64,000 nt of DNA from Chlorokybus atmophyticus (Eukaryota; Plantae; Mesostigma and Chlorokybus algae). Made by a program: the position numbers and the translations under genes. Within the stretch, counting starts at the first letter, position 1. The number at the start of each line of letters is the position of its first letter. The stretch is taken from assembly GCA_009103225.1 (NCBI GenBank), contig RHPI01000810.1, positions 434,001-498,000 of the forward strand, in the 5' to 3' direction. Positions 1 through 11,715 of this stretch are shown here, in pieces. The notes beneath the pieces were generated by a model. It made no database searches. It worked only from the letters and a program-made list of their open reading frames with translations, and was not told the origin of the DNA.

Positions 1-2549
1 GACATCGCATCCATTTTCAGGGCCCGCGCTATTGACATCTCACAAGATTCCTTGACCTTGGAGGTGATGTGTTCAATCTTGTTGCAATGAACATCAACCA
101 TAGTTGCGTTGCACTGGTGCAGTTAGGTGGCGCTTTCATCCATGTTGCTTGTGTCATTGATAGTTGTTGGCTTGTTATTGCGCGCAGGTTACTGGCACGC
201 TGGACAAGATGGCTGCCATTCAAGATTTGTTGCGACCATATGGCATTCTTCAGGTACTGCCTGCTGTGTCGCAATATTGTTGTGTCGTACATGCTGACGG
301 TGTTTGTGTTTGATGCCAGGTTGCGAGGACTGGCAGGATAGCCCTGTTACGAGACTCCGGCATTGACTCAAAGTTCCTTGGGCGAGGCCTCGGTGTTGCT
401 GCTCGTGCCGCTGCTCTTTTTTAGTTGAACACGTATAGGTATATGTGTTCAATACGTACACAGAAGCGTCCTGATGCGTTTGTTCTACACGTGTGCTATG
501 GCCCAAGTACACGCAGGTAGTGCATGCATGTTTAGTTGAAAGAATGCACTACACACTTTCTTAAGAGTATCTGGCACATGGATGTCACCAATGCATATGC
601 CAGATATCAGAAAAGGCATATGGTTGAGCCTTGCAGTTGTTGTGAGTCTACCAACTACTTGTTGTCTGCGATACTAGCAGCTCCACTTTGGCAACTTCTT
701 GCGGCCTTTCTCAAGCATTGCAGATGCAGTGCATCCATACAGCAACATCTGAGCAGCTAGTTGAGTTTATGCCGCTAGTCACAAAATCGTGCAATTGCTT
801 GCTGCTGTGTGCCCTACGATCACCCACTTGGGAATTTGCCATGTGCAACCTTTGTCTGTGTGTGTGCGTGTGTGTTATATACTCAGGTGCAGACTGGAGC
901 TGTGGTGATGTGCTGTGCGCAACAAGCCCAACAACCTATGGTGATATTGTGCAATGCTTGTGAAAAGTTTTGGCCCAACCCATGCGACAGTAACTTGCTT
1001 GCATGTTGGTGTTGTTTGCTTGTGTGCTAACTTGAAATGCAAGCACGCACTGTGTGTATGTTGGCGATTGCAATATGATGTTACGAGGTCGCGCTTCACG
1101 TGTACCAATGTACAAGAGATTATTGGCCTCATATGCTGCGTGCAAGAAGTGTCATTGACAACCATGCACACGGTGGCATTCAACCCGCGCATACTATTGC
1201 GCAGCACAGCAGCACCGCACCGCCCTTCGCCCAACCTTGTAGCTACTGCCTGTTGTGCTGTGCTGTTGCTGCTGCTGCTAGACCCTACTACTACCTCTGC
1301 TTACATGCGGTTGTAACCAACAGGTTCTTTGCCGCTAGTGCTTGCTTGCTGCCCCGCCTCCTACACCGCCTCAACCTCTCCACACCCAACCACTTAGCTA
1401 GCGCACGTAGTTGCAGCCCTATGTTGCCCCTGCCTTATGTCATGCCAAATACCCTTGCATGCCAGTCCTGCTCGAGCATGCCTACGTCCAGCCCCAAGCC
1501 CGGGCTACCTGCATGAAGACCGCGCGCGCCCCAGCCTACTGCTAGCTACTTCGTACTTCATGTAGCCTGTAGCTAGGGCTACTCTACAAACCTCTCGATA
1601 GGAACCGCGTGTAGCTGATCAGTTAAGAATCTACTATCAGCTCATGTGCTATATCGATTCTTAGGACATTTCCGTAGTAGCTTATGGCCTCGATGTGACC
1701 GTTGGCCTACTGCCCGCATGGCACTGCACAGTCATGATTTGACATGTACAAGTAGGAAGTCATGTCATTGGACTCGCTGGTGACACTGTGAGTGAGCACC
1801 AAGAGTAGAGACTCTGACTTTAAGAGCTTGTGAAGCGACTTGAATTGGAAGCACACCGTCCTGGTTGCCAAGGACTGCCTTACCACGTGAGACACAGTGT
1901 ATGCTCTTGTGCGCTGGGCTTGTCATTGCTGTGAGCTTGGCGGTGGTGTGTTTGCTGCATCGGTTAGGACATAGCATCTATGAGTTGTTTGTTCATTCAC
2001 CTCACTTAACAGTGTAATACATCATCCACTCATGCAAAAAAAATGTGTATACAGCACTATCTATTGTAGTGGCTTGTTTACTCACAGTGTCACCCTCTTT
2101 GCTCAAGTGAGTGCGTAGCATTCAGCATCAGATAGTGCAATCTGTAGCTGGGGATACATCTTTATGCATTCGTTATCACTGTCATCGCATAGTGCGCACA
2201 CAAGCACTAGTGTGGCGAGTGGTAGCAGCATCAGATAGACAGTAGAGCACAAACACTCTACTCTGCATACACTTTCACCTGTGGACTAGCTGTACGAGCA
2301 GGCCCACCCCGTTCTCTCCGATAGACGAGGGTGACCTCAGCAGCTGGAGCCCAACCTCCAATCTCACCTACGAGCGGACCAGCGACGGGAGTAGCGATCG
2401 CAGTAGTAGGAGCTCGCATGCTGTCTCCGGCTTCACTCCGTTCCGGCCTACTTCTCGCCATCGAGCTTCCCCACTATCGTCCGACAGTGACAACTATGAG
2501 ATGGAGTCTTTCAGCTCAACCACATCCCTGCGTTTCTCCGGACGTGCTG

Positions 2550-3690
2550 GCACCACTTCGTTCGACGAATTCATCATCAAGTTCCATTCCAAGATGCGAC
2601 AGCAAGCTCCAAAGAACAAGAGCTGGTTAGATTAGATTTCTTTCCACATTGCTGCTCAGTATCTGGACCATGAAGCACGATGTCTGAAAGTCTATTGCTG
2701 ATTTGCATCGAATTGATGGCTATGGCGAGCTCGCCATCACCATAGCATCCGCGTCACTGCACAGTCCATCAGCCGTCTTTCCACCTGCCACTCCCACTAC
2801 AATCATCGGCTTGTCCATAGTTGCAGCCATCGAGAGGGCAGAGGAGGAAGAGCCTGAGTTGGTGATCGTCAACCTGACCCCTATAGAGATTAAGACCAAA
2901 ACGATCGCACGACAGGCCCGGATCCTGCACCGTTCTGCTGCTATCCTTGAAGAACAACGAGCTGCAGCCGTCAAGGTGGGCACGCCTCTACCTCAAACAA
3001 CACCTGGCTCTCGTGCGGGAGGCAATGCTTTCACTCTCGGGTCAGTCGCACTGCGCGCACCAGCCATCACTATAGGTGCTGCCATTGTTGACTCTCCATT
3101 CAAGGACCTATACGCTGCACTTCGTCGCACCTTCCCACCTCAGACCACCAGCAAAGTGGAGGAGTTGAGACGGTTTTGACGCAAGCCCAACGAGAACCCT
3201 CTACACCTATACTCCAGACTGGAAGGGCTGTTGAAGGACATTGACTACAAGATAGTCAGTGACAAGGCTGCTGCAGTGGTGTATGTCAATGAGTTGGATG
3301 CCACCTGAGCGAGTCGACGCACCTGACCCTAAACTAACAGCAGGCCCCTTAGCTACACGCTCAAGGAAGCTTGTGAGACTGCACCATTCACAAGCGCTTG
3401 GTGTATGAGAAGGCAGTGCTGGACACCAACCGCATCGCTTTACAGCCTGTAGCCAACACAACAACTGAGCCTCCTCGCCGCGAACGTGGCCGGGACGCTC
3501 CACCAGCACGCGACTAAAGGAAACGGTCAGCTCACACTGCTTTGCCTGCCTTTGTGCCGTGTCATCGCTGTGGACGGCATGGGCACTACCAAAAGGAGTG
3601 CCTTGAAGAGTACTCAATCCTGGTCTGCGCCTACTGTCATAAGACGGGCCACTTGGGATTTGTCTATTGGCTCATATTCCCTAAGTTGAG
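2550..3690 (+). pseudogene. gag: Gag with tandem CCHC zinc knuckles (degenerate)
   Basis: CHRCGRHGHYQKEC (3560-3601) is a complete CX2CX4HX4C; CAYCHKTGHLGFVY (3626-3667) has lost its last Cys. Upstream fragments (FDEFIIKF..., PFKDLYAALRRTFPPQTTSKVEELRRF*RKPNENP) are Gag-like and interrupted by stops. Confidence 0.75.
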
Positions 3691-4464
3691 ACCTGCCAAC
3701 AGCTACAGCAACAACTACTCCAGTGGCTACAACAGCAACAACACTGGAGGCCACAACGGCAAGCTAAGCACGCAAGGTCAGGCTGTCCCGCGAGGTCAGC
3801 AAGCTAAGCACGCATGGGAGGTCATCATGCGTGGAGGAGATCCACTACCGTTGCTTTTTGGCGAGGAGGGAAGCGCACCACGCGCATTGAACGCAGTGAT
3901 CGCGTCTTCCCACTACCTGAATATTGTGTGACCACACCCTGCCAGAGCAAACTCAGTGGCAACTGGAGGATGATATCCTCGCCGGTACCGGCGCCTCTCA
4001 TGCGAGACCGTGTCTTTGTAATCAGAACACCTGTTGTGCTGGAGCTGGCTCTGCAGCTGTTTTGCACTCTGCATGACAACATGCAGACCGCGCCTCGCCA
4101 GCCCGCACAAGTTCGCGAGCCTTTCAAGCCAAGTCCGCTGGACACGTATAAAGACCAGCAACCCAATTTGCAGCAGCACATCAGTAATGCAGCTGACATG
4201 CCTTTAGGGTAACGACGAAGCACGGAGGCCCCTCAGTACTGATCGGCTTCACGAACGCGACACCGCTCTGGAACAAGCGTTCATCTGGCGGCAGGACCAA
4301 ACTGCAGCCATCAACGCAAGAGCGCAAGCCCTTACTGCTCGCGCTTGCGGTTCTTAATCCACAATCGTTGGCCCCTCGTCGAGCACGACACCTCTCGCCG
4401 CTGAGCCCAACATTGACCAGGCGAGGGCGCTGTCCTCATAGTCGGGGGGGGGGGGGGGGGGGGG

Positions 4465-4610
4465 NNNNNNNNNNNNNNNNNNNNNNNNNNNNNNNNNNNN
4501 NNNNNNNNNNNNNNNNNNNNNNNNNNNNNNNNNNNNNNNNNNNNNNNNNNNNNNNNNNNNNNNNNNNNNNNNNNNNNNNNNNNNNNNNNNNNNNNNNNNN
4601 NNNNNNNNNN
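4465..4610. other. Assembly gap (146 N) flanked by poly-G
   Basis: N run with G homopolymers at 4444-4464 and 4611-4636. Confidence 0.99.
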
Positions 4611-5730
4611 GGGGGGGGGGGGGGGGGGGGGGGGGGTGATCGCCCCGCTGCTACCCGCCTTGGTGGAAGACTTGCCTGACAATCAACAAGATCCAGGGAG
4701 AGGCTACTTGACACCACAAGGGTGTACACGACAACAACAACAACACGGGATGGAGCATGCTCAGTTGGAGAACAGCAAGTTCGCATTGCCCTGCAAGCAA
4801 CCATGCTACATCGACAAGAAGGCATCGGCCTGAGAGAGATGATGGAGATGCGAGAAGGTGGCAATGCAGCGCGAGCAAGGCTAGTGACTTGGCTAGTTAC
4901 AAATCACCCCGCAGTCCCGTTGTTCGCATCTGGCATCTTATTATTATGGTTGGGCGCCTTTTTTCGCTCACTACGGCAAGCCTATGACGAGGTTGCCTCG
5001 GCAGATACTGACACCTCAGAAGGAGTTCAAGAGGCTATACTGAAGTTGCCAAGACTGAAAGTAGCGCGATAGCGCAGACGCATTGCAGCTATTTATGAGC
5101 AGCATGTTTAACAACCAGTGATCTACCACACTGTGCGGGCACGAGCAACAACGGTGCTAGAAGTGGGGGTGGTCAATGGCAGATAGTATGCCTACATGGC
5201 AGGGATCCCAAGGGTTCCTACCATCACCCACGACATAACAGCGCGGCTGCTGCGCGCAGTGTATCTCTAGCCCATAACAAAATCTTTGCTGGAATGACGT
5301 GGTCGACAAACTAACGGCCACATGGGAAGGTACACTGGTCAGGGAGACGGCTCATGATGTACGCTAGACTTATGTGGAAGAACAGGCTACACGGGAGGCG
5401 GGCCTCCAAACACCCGGTTCTCCAGGGTTCCCCACAGTCATTGGCCACGCCGCCAAGTATGACCCCGACCACACAGAGGCGCAATCCCCCTGCGCCACAA
5501 CTAGGGCAGCCACAGGCAGCACCGTCAGCACCCAGGTCGCAGCGAGTGTACCAACAGCCAAGATAAGGGCGGTTCGGGCCAGGCCGCGATAAGGAGGTTC
5601 TCAAGACTTAGCCGGTCGAGGGGCGCTTGCCACACTGCACTCGACACCACGGGAAGAGACTGCAGCAGCAGTCACCCCACGCACACGCTACCGATGATTC
5701 AAGCGTCTGCGCATCAACGCCAACGCAGCT

Positions 5731-6003
5731 ATGATTGCCAACACAGGCAAGCACGTTACCATCAACGGTCGAGCACCCAAGCGGGTGATGCTGGACTTTG
5801 GAGCCCAGCCTGTTATTATCGGACGTTACCTTGCATGCGACCTTGGCATCACCAGCGCTGAGCTGATGCCCTGCCTATACGTGCTCGACACAACAACCGG
5901 CAGCCGTGACAAGGTGATTGGCATCACCGAGCAGGCCCTCTGCATTCGCTTGATAGGGTTGGACCCTTCCCACAGCACCAAGATCATAAGAGTGTGTGTT
6001 TAA
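5731..6003 (+). pseudogene. Retropepsin-type aspartic protease (truncated)
   Basis: RVMLDFGAQPVIIG..LA..LGI matches the retroviral D-S/T-G-A motif with S/T replaced by F; it lies upstream of RT. Confidence 0.75.
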
Positions 6004-6022
6004 GCACTGCGGATGACTTCCT

Positions 6023-6740
6023 GCCTATGGGCACATCGACCTGCTGATAGCAGGATGGGTGTCAAAGACACTCCAGAGCAGGCAGAGGCAAAGGACTCCC
6101 TCATCCTCACTTGCAACTGTTCTGGGAGTTGATGCGCGTCATCAAACTCCTGCAGAGCGACCAGATTTTAGGCCTCTGGGGTACATCATCGAGAACATAC
6201 ACTCCGAAGACGATAAGCATCATCACGTGGCCAATAGCTTTCGACAGGTGTGTTCCTTGCTGAGGCATCCTCTCAAACGCAACGCAACGCGTCATGAATC
6301 CCGTGCTCATCCGCGCCAAGTGGACCAACCTGGCTACAGACGGGGATCTCTTTGCTGCTAAATATATGCACAGCAGTCGTCCACGCAATCTCACCATTAA
6401 CACTGTCCTAGACCCTGGGCGCAGCACAATCGGTCACGCGACATGATCACCAGAACTTCTACATGTGCAACCAGCCTGATCATCCGCGCCGTGCGCTCCC
6501 CACTCTGGTGTCTTACCTAGGTTCATACGCCTTCCGCAACGGAGGCGACAGCATAGTGTCAAATTTCAACACAAGTCGGCTGGAGGAACCCAACGCTCGT
6601 GAGCACGAACGCGCCATGGGATTCTCTTCAGGTAGTATTGCAGGTTTTATGCTTACCAATAGTCAGCAGTGTTAGTTGTTGGGGCGCGCCATGTATCAGA
6701 ACATCATGGTGTGGTTGTTAGAGATGTGCTTTGCTCTCTA
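6023..6740 (+). pseudogene. C5 cytosine DNA methyltransferase domain inside Pol (motifs IV-X recognisable, I-III missing)
   Basis: Read across frameshifts: GHIDLLIAGW-[g]-CQRHSRAGRGKGL (motif IV; the PCQ Pro codon is reduced to 1 nt at 6059), LFWELMRVI (V), PLGYIIENI (VI, ~6174-6200), AH.R..WTNL (VIII, ~6305-6335), EPNAREHERAMGF (IX, ~6586-6624), LLGRAM (X, 6676-6693). Confidence 0.85.
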
Positions 6741-6989
6741 GATGCGCCATGTGTCCTCCAAAAAACTCGAACACCTGGCGGGGGGGTGGGCTGATCGCGT
6801 TCGAGAGATCAAAGCGGCACACACTTCCCTCGAGATCGCCCGCATGGAGGAGCAGTCACTGTGGAGGATATTCCAGTGGTCGCCAACGCTACCTCCTGGT
6901 CTCATGCCATTGGACCACTGGCTACAGGCCAGACACGAGAACAACTCAAGGCTCTCTTTAACAAGTGGAGGAATCAGTTTATCTTCAGC

Positions 6990-8300
6990 GTAAAGGAGGT
7001 GGGCAGCTGCTCAGTTTACCAGATAGACATCGAGTCGGTGGACACTGAACCGGTGCTCCGACGACAGTACAGACTCTCAAAGTTAGAGGAAGACTTGGTG
7101 GAGCAGAGGTTCAAGGCTCTGTTGAATGCAGGCCTGATCGAGGAGTTCATATCGGACTTTGCGGCCGCGACCGTCATGCCCTTAAAGAAGGATTCAGCAG
7201 GCATCCAGACAGATTGGCGTATGTGCGGTAACTATCGCCCCCTCAACAACAAGACCAAGCAAGACAGGTATACAATGTCTACTGCAAAAGGTATGTTTGA
7301 TGATGTAGAAGACTGTACAATTTAATATCATGGACATGCGCCCAGGGTACAATCAGATCGCCATCAAGGAGGAGGACAAGCACAAGACCTCTTTCTGGGG
7401 CAACCGGCAGCTGTACCAATGGAAAGTCATGCCCTTCGGACCGAAGAATGCTCCTGCCAAGTGCCAGCGCGTCATAGACAAAGCCCTCAAGCTTACCTTC
7501 TAGGGATTGGACTGCGCACGCTGCTATATCAACGACAACCTCATCTTCGATTGCAGCAATGAGGAGCATCTCAGGCACAGCGAGGAGGTGCTACAGAGAC
7601 TCAATGAAGTAGGGATCACGGTGCACCCCAACAAGTGCACCTTTATTACCCACAAGGTACCGTACCCAGGGCACATGATTGTGCTCCATTGTGTATGTAC
7701 AGAAGGCCAAGGTGGAGGCACTGGTGGCCAGCTTGGCCCCCACAAATCTCACGCGTGCTTTCCTTGGCCTTGCCAACTACTACAGGCGGTTTGTCAAGGA
7801 CTTCGCGAAGATCGCGCGGCCACTCAACGAGCTGCAGAGGAAAGATACGGAGTTCCTGTGGAAGGAGGCACAACAAGAGGCCTTCGAGGAGTTGAAGCTC
7901 CGACTCACCACAGCTCCCATTCTTTAGCGACCTGACTACAACAGGTTTTTCATCTTGCACACAGATTGGAGCAAGCTCGGCATGGGAGCAGTGCTCGTGC
8001 AGCACGACGACAATAAAAAAGAGCGCGTAGTGTCGTATGCCAGCCGCAGCAACAACAGCGCTGAGGCCAACTACAGCAGCTACGAGGGGGAGTGTCTCGC
8101 CGCAATATGGGCCATCTTCTTCTTCCGCCCCTTTCAGTCTGGACGGCAGTTCAAACTAATCGACCACCAATCACTAAAGTAGCTGATGATCAACCAGCAC
8201 CTGACAGGCAAGCTGGCACGGTGGGCACTACTGCTGCAAGAGTATAACTTTGAGGTGGAGCATAGGGCAGGCCTGTTAAACCAGAACGCAGACGGCCTTA
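6990..8300 (+). pseudogene. pol: Reverse transcriptase and RNase H (Ty3/Gypsy)
   Basis: QYRLS..E, LIEE, WRMCGNYRPLNNKT..DRY, KTSFW, VMPFGPKNAP, CYIND, FLGLANYYRRFVKDFAKIARPL, HTDWSKLGMGAVL, LARWALLLQEYNFEVEHRAG. Confidence 0.93.
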
Positions 8301-8759
8301 GTCGCAACCCCCACCTCAGCACCAACGATGCAACAGGAGCCCGACACGAGTCGTGCAGCCGCACCTCCAGGTGTAGCGGCCATGTTCGCTGTCGCTGCGC
8401 CACGTTCAAGACGCAAAACCCAAGCCACTGAGGTAGCAGCAGATGAGGACGTGCCTTCTCTCGGGCCCACCGTCACCGTTACCAACCCCTTAGCAGAGGA
8501 AGCGCTCATTGCCGACCCTGAGGTGGACGATGAGGAGTTGGCACCCACCGGCATACGACAGGACATCTGGCTTAACAAGCCATCCCTCGCACTGCTCCGG
8601 ACTGGACAATTTCCAGCAGGCATGAGCGCGCGTGAGGAGGACCACGTCAGTCAACGCACTCAGCACTATCGCTAGGCCGACAACAAACTGTATCGACGGA
8701 CACAGATTGAGGGCAAGGAGGTTCCAACACCAGCTGCGTCAGAAGGCATCATTGCTATC

Positions 8760-9830
8760 CTTTACACCGAGCTCGGACACTTCGGTGTCAAGCACAATTA
8801 GTGTCGTCAGGACTCAGTGCTGGTGGTATGGGGTGCACAAACAGGTGCGCGAGTTCGTCAGCAACTGCCAGCAATGTGATATGGTCCGCGCGAACCTTAA
8901 CACGCGCAATGCCACCTTGCACCCCCTCCCCATCTCAGGACTGTTCTACCGCTGGGGACTGGACATCCTCAATGATTTATCGCCCTCAGCACGAGGCAAC
9001 CGCTACATCGTCGTCATGAACGAGCACTTCTCCAAGTGGGTGGAGCTGATGCCCCTGCCCGACAAAAGCAGCGAGGGAGTAGCCCAGGCTTTCCTCTCCC
9101 ATGTACTCGGACGCTTCAGCAGCTGTGCTGAAGTCATCACCGACCAAGAAACTGAGTTCAGAGGAGCCTTCGACAAGCTCATGGATAGATGCTTCATCGA
9201 CCATTGCCGCACTTCACGCGACCACTCACAAGCCGATGGTCCCGCTGAGCGTATCGTGCAGACCGTCAAGAAGGCTTTGCGCAAGTAAGTCCTCGATCAC
9301 AAAAGAACACATGGGATGACCACCTCCCTTGGGTAGCTTTGAGATACCGGTTGTCCAAGCAGGCAGCACTGCGGGAGTACAGCCCATACTATATGCTGTT
9401 TGAAAGGCAGCCATTGCTCCCTTTCCGCGCACATCAGGAGGTCGACAGAGTGGTGGACAATCTCGACAACCCTAACGAGATGCTGTATGATCTGACAGTG
9501 CGCAGCGCGCTGTTCGAGCACACTGTCCTTATGGCCTTCAACAACCTGCGCATTGCTCAGCACCGCGACACGCTTTGCTACGAGTGTGTGCGTAGCGGTT
9601 TCCACAAGGAGCGAGAATGCTGCTTCTAGCCAGGAGACTTCGTCTACCGCATGGCGGCCATGCACGACACCCTCGACATCTCCATCGGGCGCGCTGTTTA
9701 TAAGGTATTGAAGGTGTATCCCACAGGGGTATTGGACCTTCTGGGACAACAAGGCGAGCGCATAAAGGACAACATGGTGAACTGCGCGCCCTGTCATCTT
9801 CCCCACGTTGTTGGCTTCGGCAAGATCCAG
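8760..9830 (+). pseudogene. Retroviral-type integrase
   Basis: ELGHFG...CQQC zinc-binding remnant; D (8962, WGLDI), D (9142, ITDQETEF) and E (9247, GPAER), with the second D and E 35 codons apart; SPYYMLFERQP downstream. Confidence 0.92.
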
Positions 9831-9857
9831 CACCCGCAACCGCTGCGAAGCACCCGC

Positions 9858-9992
9858 TGCGAGAAATGTGGCAGTGCCGACAACGACCCAGTGATGCCAT
9901 TATGCGAAGGCTGCAACCAAGGCATGCACTGTTACTGCCTTGACCCTCCATTGGACAAGGTGCGGCTATGGGAGTATCGGTGCGATGACTGC
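9858..9992 (+). other. PHD finger (C4HC3) at the Pol C-terminus
   Basis: CEKC-GSADNDPVMPL-CEGC-NQGM-HCYC-LDPPLDKVRLWEYR-CDDC: all eight Zn ligands are present, in ORF 9651-10022 directly after integrase. Confidence 0.9.
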
Positions 9993-11042
9993 CGCATCAA
10001 CAGTCCTGCACACAGTTGGTAAAAGTTGAGTCCTTGAGCAGGAGGCTACCCAAGATCTTCAGGGGGGGTGGCTTGTTGATTGTGTGTACTACAGCACAGG
10101 AGGTACAGTAAGGAGGAGAGCGTCACCAGCTCTACGACTGACCAATTTGCACATAGGTTCATCTTCAAGCCTATGCCTATGTCTGGGGGGTTGTCTTTGT
10201 TTGTGTTGCTCCAATGCTGCCCGCAGCACCAGCATGCCCACGACATGAGCGCTCGTCTGCGGTGTGCTCGAGACGGTGTGACCCTCGACCATAGCAGGCA
10301 CAACACCTAATCTTGTGCTGTTGCTCTGCCGGGCTTGCTTGCTTGGTGTTGGCTTGCTGTGCTTGCACTACATTGCATGCTTTTGCATTGGAACTATTGA
10401 ACATCCTATACAACAAAATATGCTATATCATCCACCACTGGGTTATACTATTGAGACTACTACTACTCCACTCCCCTTCCCCGTTAATCACACAAGCATG
10501 CAAGTGTTAAAGGCAATCAGCAATATAGCATACAGCCGTGGCGCCCTTCACATCCGCAAAGCTTCTTCCATCATAACTCGATTAAGTAGTGCCCCCAACA
10601 AAAATAATGACGGTTGCAATAATAACTGTATTGCTGTTCAGCAGCAATACTGAGCAATGCTCATCATATTAATACCATTAAAACATTACACACTTTTTCC
10701 AATGAACTTTGAATCATAAATAGTAGCCAGCAAGTATGGTGCGAGTACTACTAATTTAATACGAATAGGTAACTTATTGTGTAGCAATTGCGTATTTACC
10801 CTATATACATGTATTTTGCTTGCCTCATCGCATGTAAGAACTTGTCGGCACAAGTCGCTTGTAGACAAAGGGTCCACACATCAACAATTACTATTGTGCA
10901 ATCAAACTCTTGACATTTTTCGATATTTTTTGATATTGCCAAACGATGCAAAAATGATGTGAGTATATACCTTGAGCGAGGTGCACATAGAGCTGGCAAA
11001 AGTCACTCTCTGTTACTTACTTTGATGATAACAGTGTGAAAG

Positions 11043-11715
11043 TGTGACGGTGCTCGTGCCTTGTCACCTGTGAGTTGGTCCAATTAACAACCCTCTCACC
11101 AAGGCACGGTATTCACACACTGGAACCTTGCCCCCTCTGCCAAGCACTCACGCGCGCCCCGCCACTCGCGTACGCACGCGCACGCGCTCGAAGCTACACA
11201 CCGACTTGTGTAGCGCCTTGGATTGTCACACAAGCAAGCACACACCAGTGGACACACGCTAGCAACCCCTGCTAACCACCACCAGGCTTGCACACAAGAA
11301 ACTAGGGAGCTAAAGGTTGTATTGCACATTGTAGAATGTCGCTCTTATACCTACCAGTCTGCACATACTATTGTCTACACGATTCCCGTGCTGCACATAA
11401 CTAGATGCTAAGATGTTATTGCAAAAATCTTGTAGTATACTTTCAAACCTTTCTTACGCATCAAAGATCTCCTAATTAGGTGCTCATATGGTCAAGGTAA
11501 ACTACTTGGCGCCAGACCCTTCCATAAATCTGGTCGAGCCCTTCTCGACTGGCCCTCCGTTTCCTGGCACCTTCCGGACTGGTCCTGGGGCCTCGGTCGA
11601 TATCTGCGGCAGACTAATAACTCGCCGATATCTGCCACAAGTCATAAAAACGCGGTGCTCGATATATGGGCCAAAAAAGGTCCTAAAATCTTGAAACTTG
11701 GCCTCGACAGTTACA
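11043..11715 (+). mobile_element. Solo LTR, copy 1 (673 bp)
   Basis: Termini TGTGAC...GTTACA; perfect 5-bp TSD GAAAG (11038-11042 and 11716-11720); colinear homologue at 38676-39341. Confidence 0.9.

Larger units (their letters stand above)
2450..10070 (+). mobile_element. Degenerate Ty3/Gypsy LTR retrotransposon (Gag-CCHC, protease, C5-DNMT, RT, RNase H, integrase, PHD); many stops and frameshifts
   Basis: Domain order PR-RT-RH-INT is Gypsy-type. Motifs: two zinc knuckles (3560-3667), LDFGA (D at 5794), WRMCGNYRPLN, VMPFGPKNAP, YIND (7525-7536), FLGLANYYRRF, HTDWS, YASRS..AEANYSSYEGE, D,D35E integrase. A purine tract AGGGGGGG at 10061-10068 follows the last ORF. No matching LTR pair found, so the boundaries are approximate. 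Confidence 0.92.

Noticed and set aside
883-1030. Possible decayed PHD-like Cys pattern (MVILCNACEKFWPNPC)
   Set aside because: The His and terminal CxxC are missing, and the region is TG-rich low-complexity DNA that yields Cys by chance.
2060-2230. Candidate 5' LTR and PBS (GTGGCTTGTT shared with 10068-10077; TGGTAGCAG at 2220-2228)
   Set aside because: Only a 10-bp match with no extended similarity, and the PBS-like word is not preceded by an LTR-terminal CA.
4332-4864. Poly-Pro/poly-Gly ORFs across the gap
   Set aside because: These are artefacts of the poly-G homopolymers and N run, possibly sequencing-derived.
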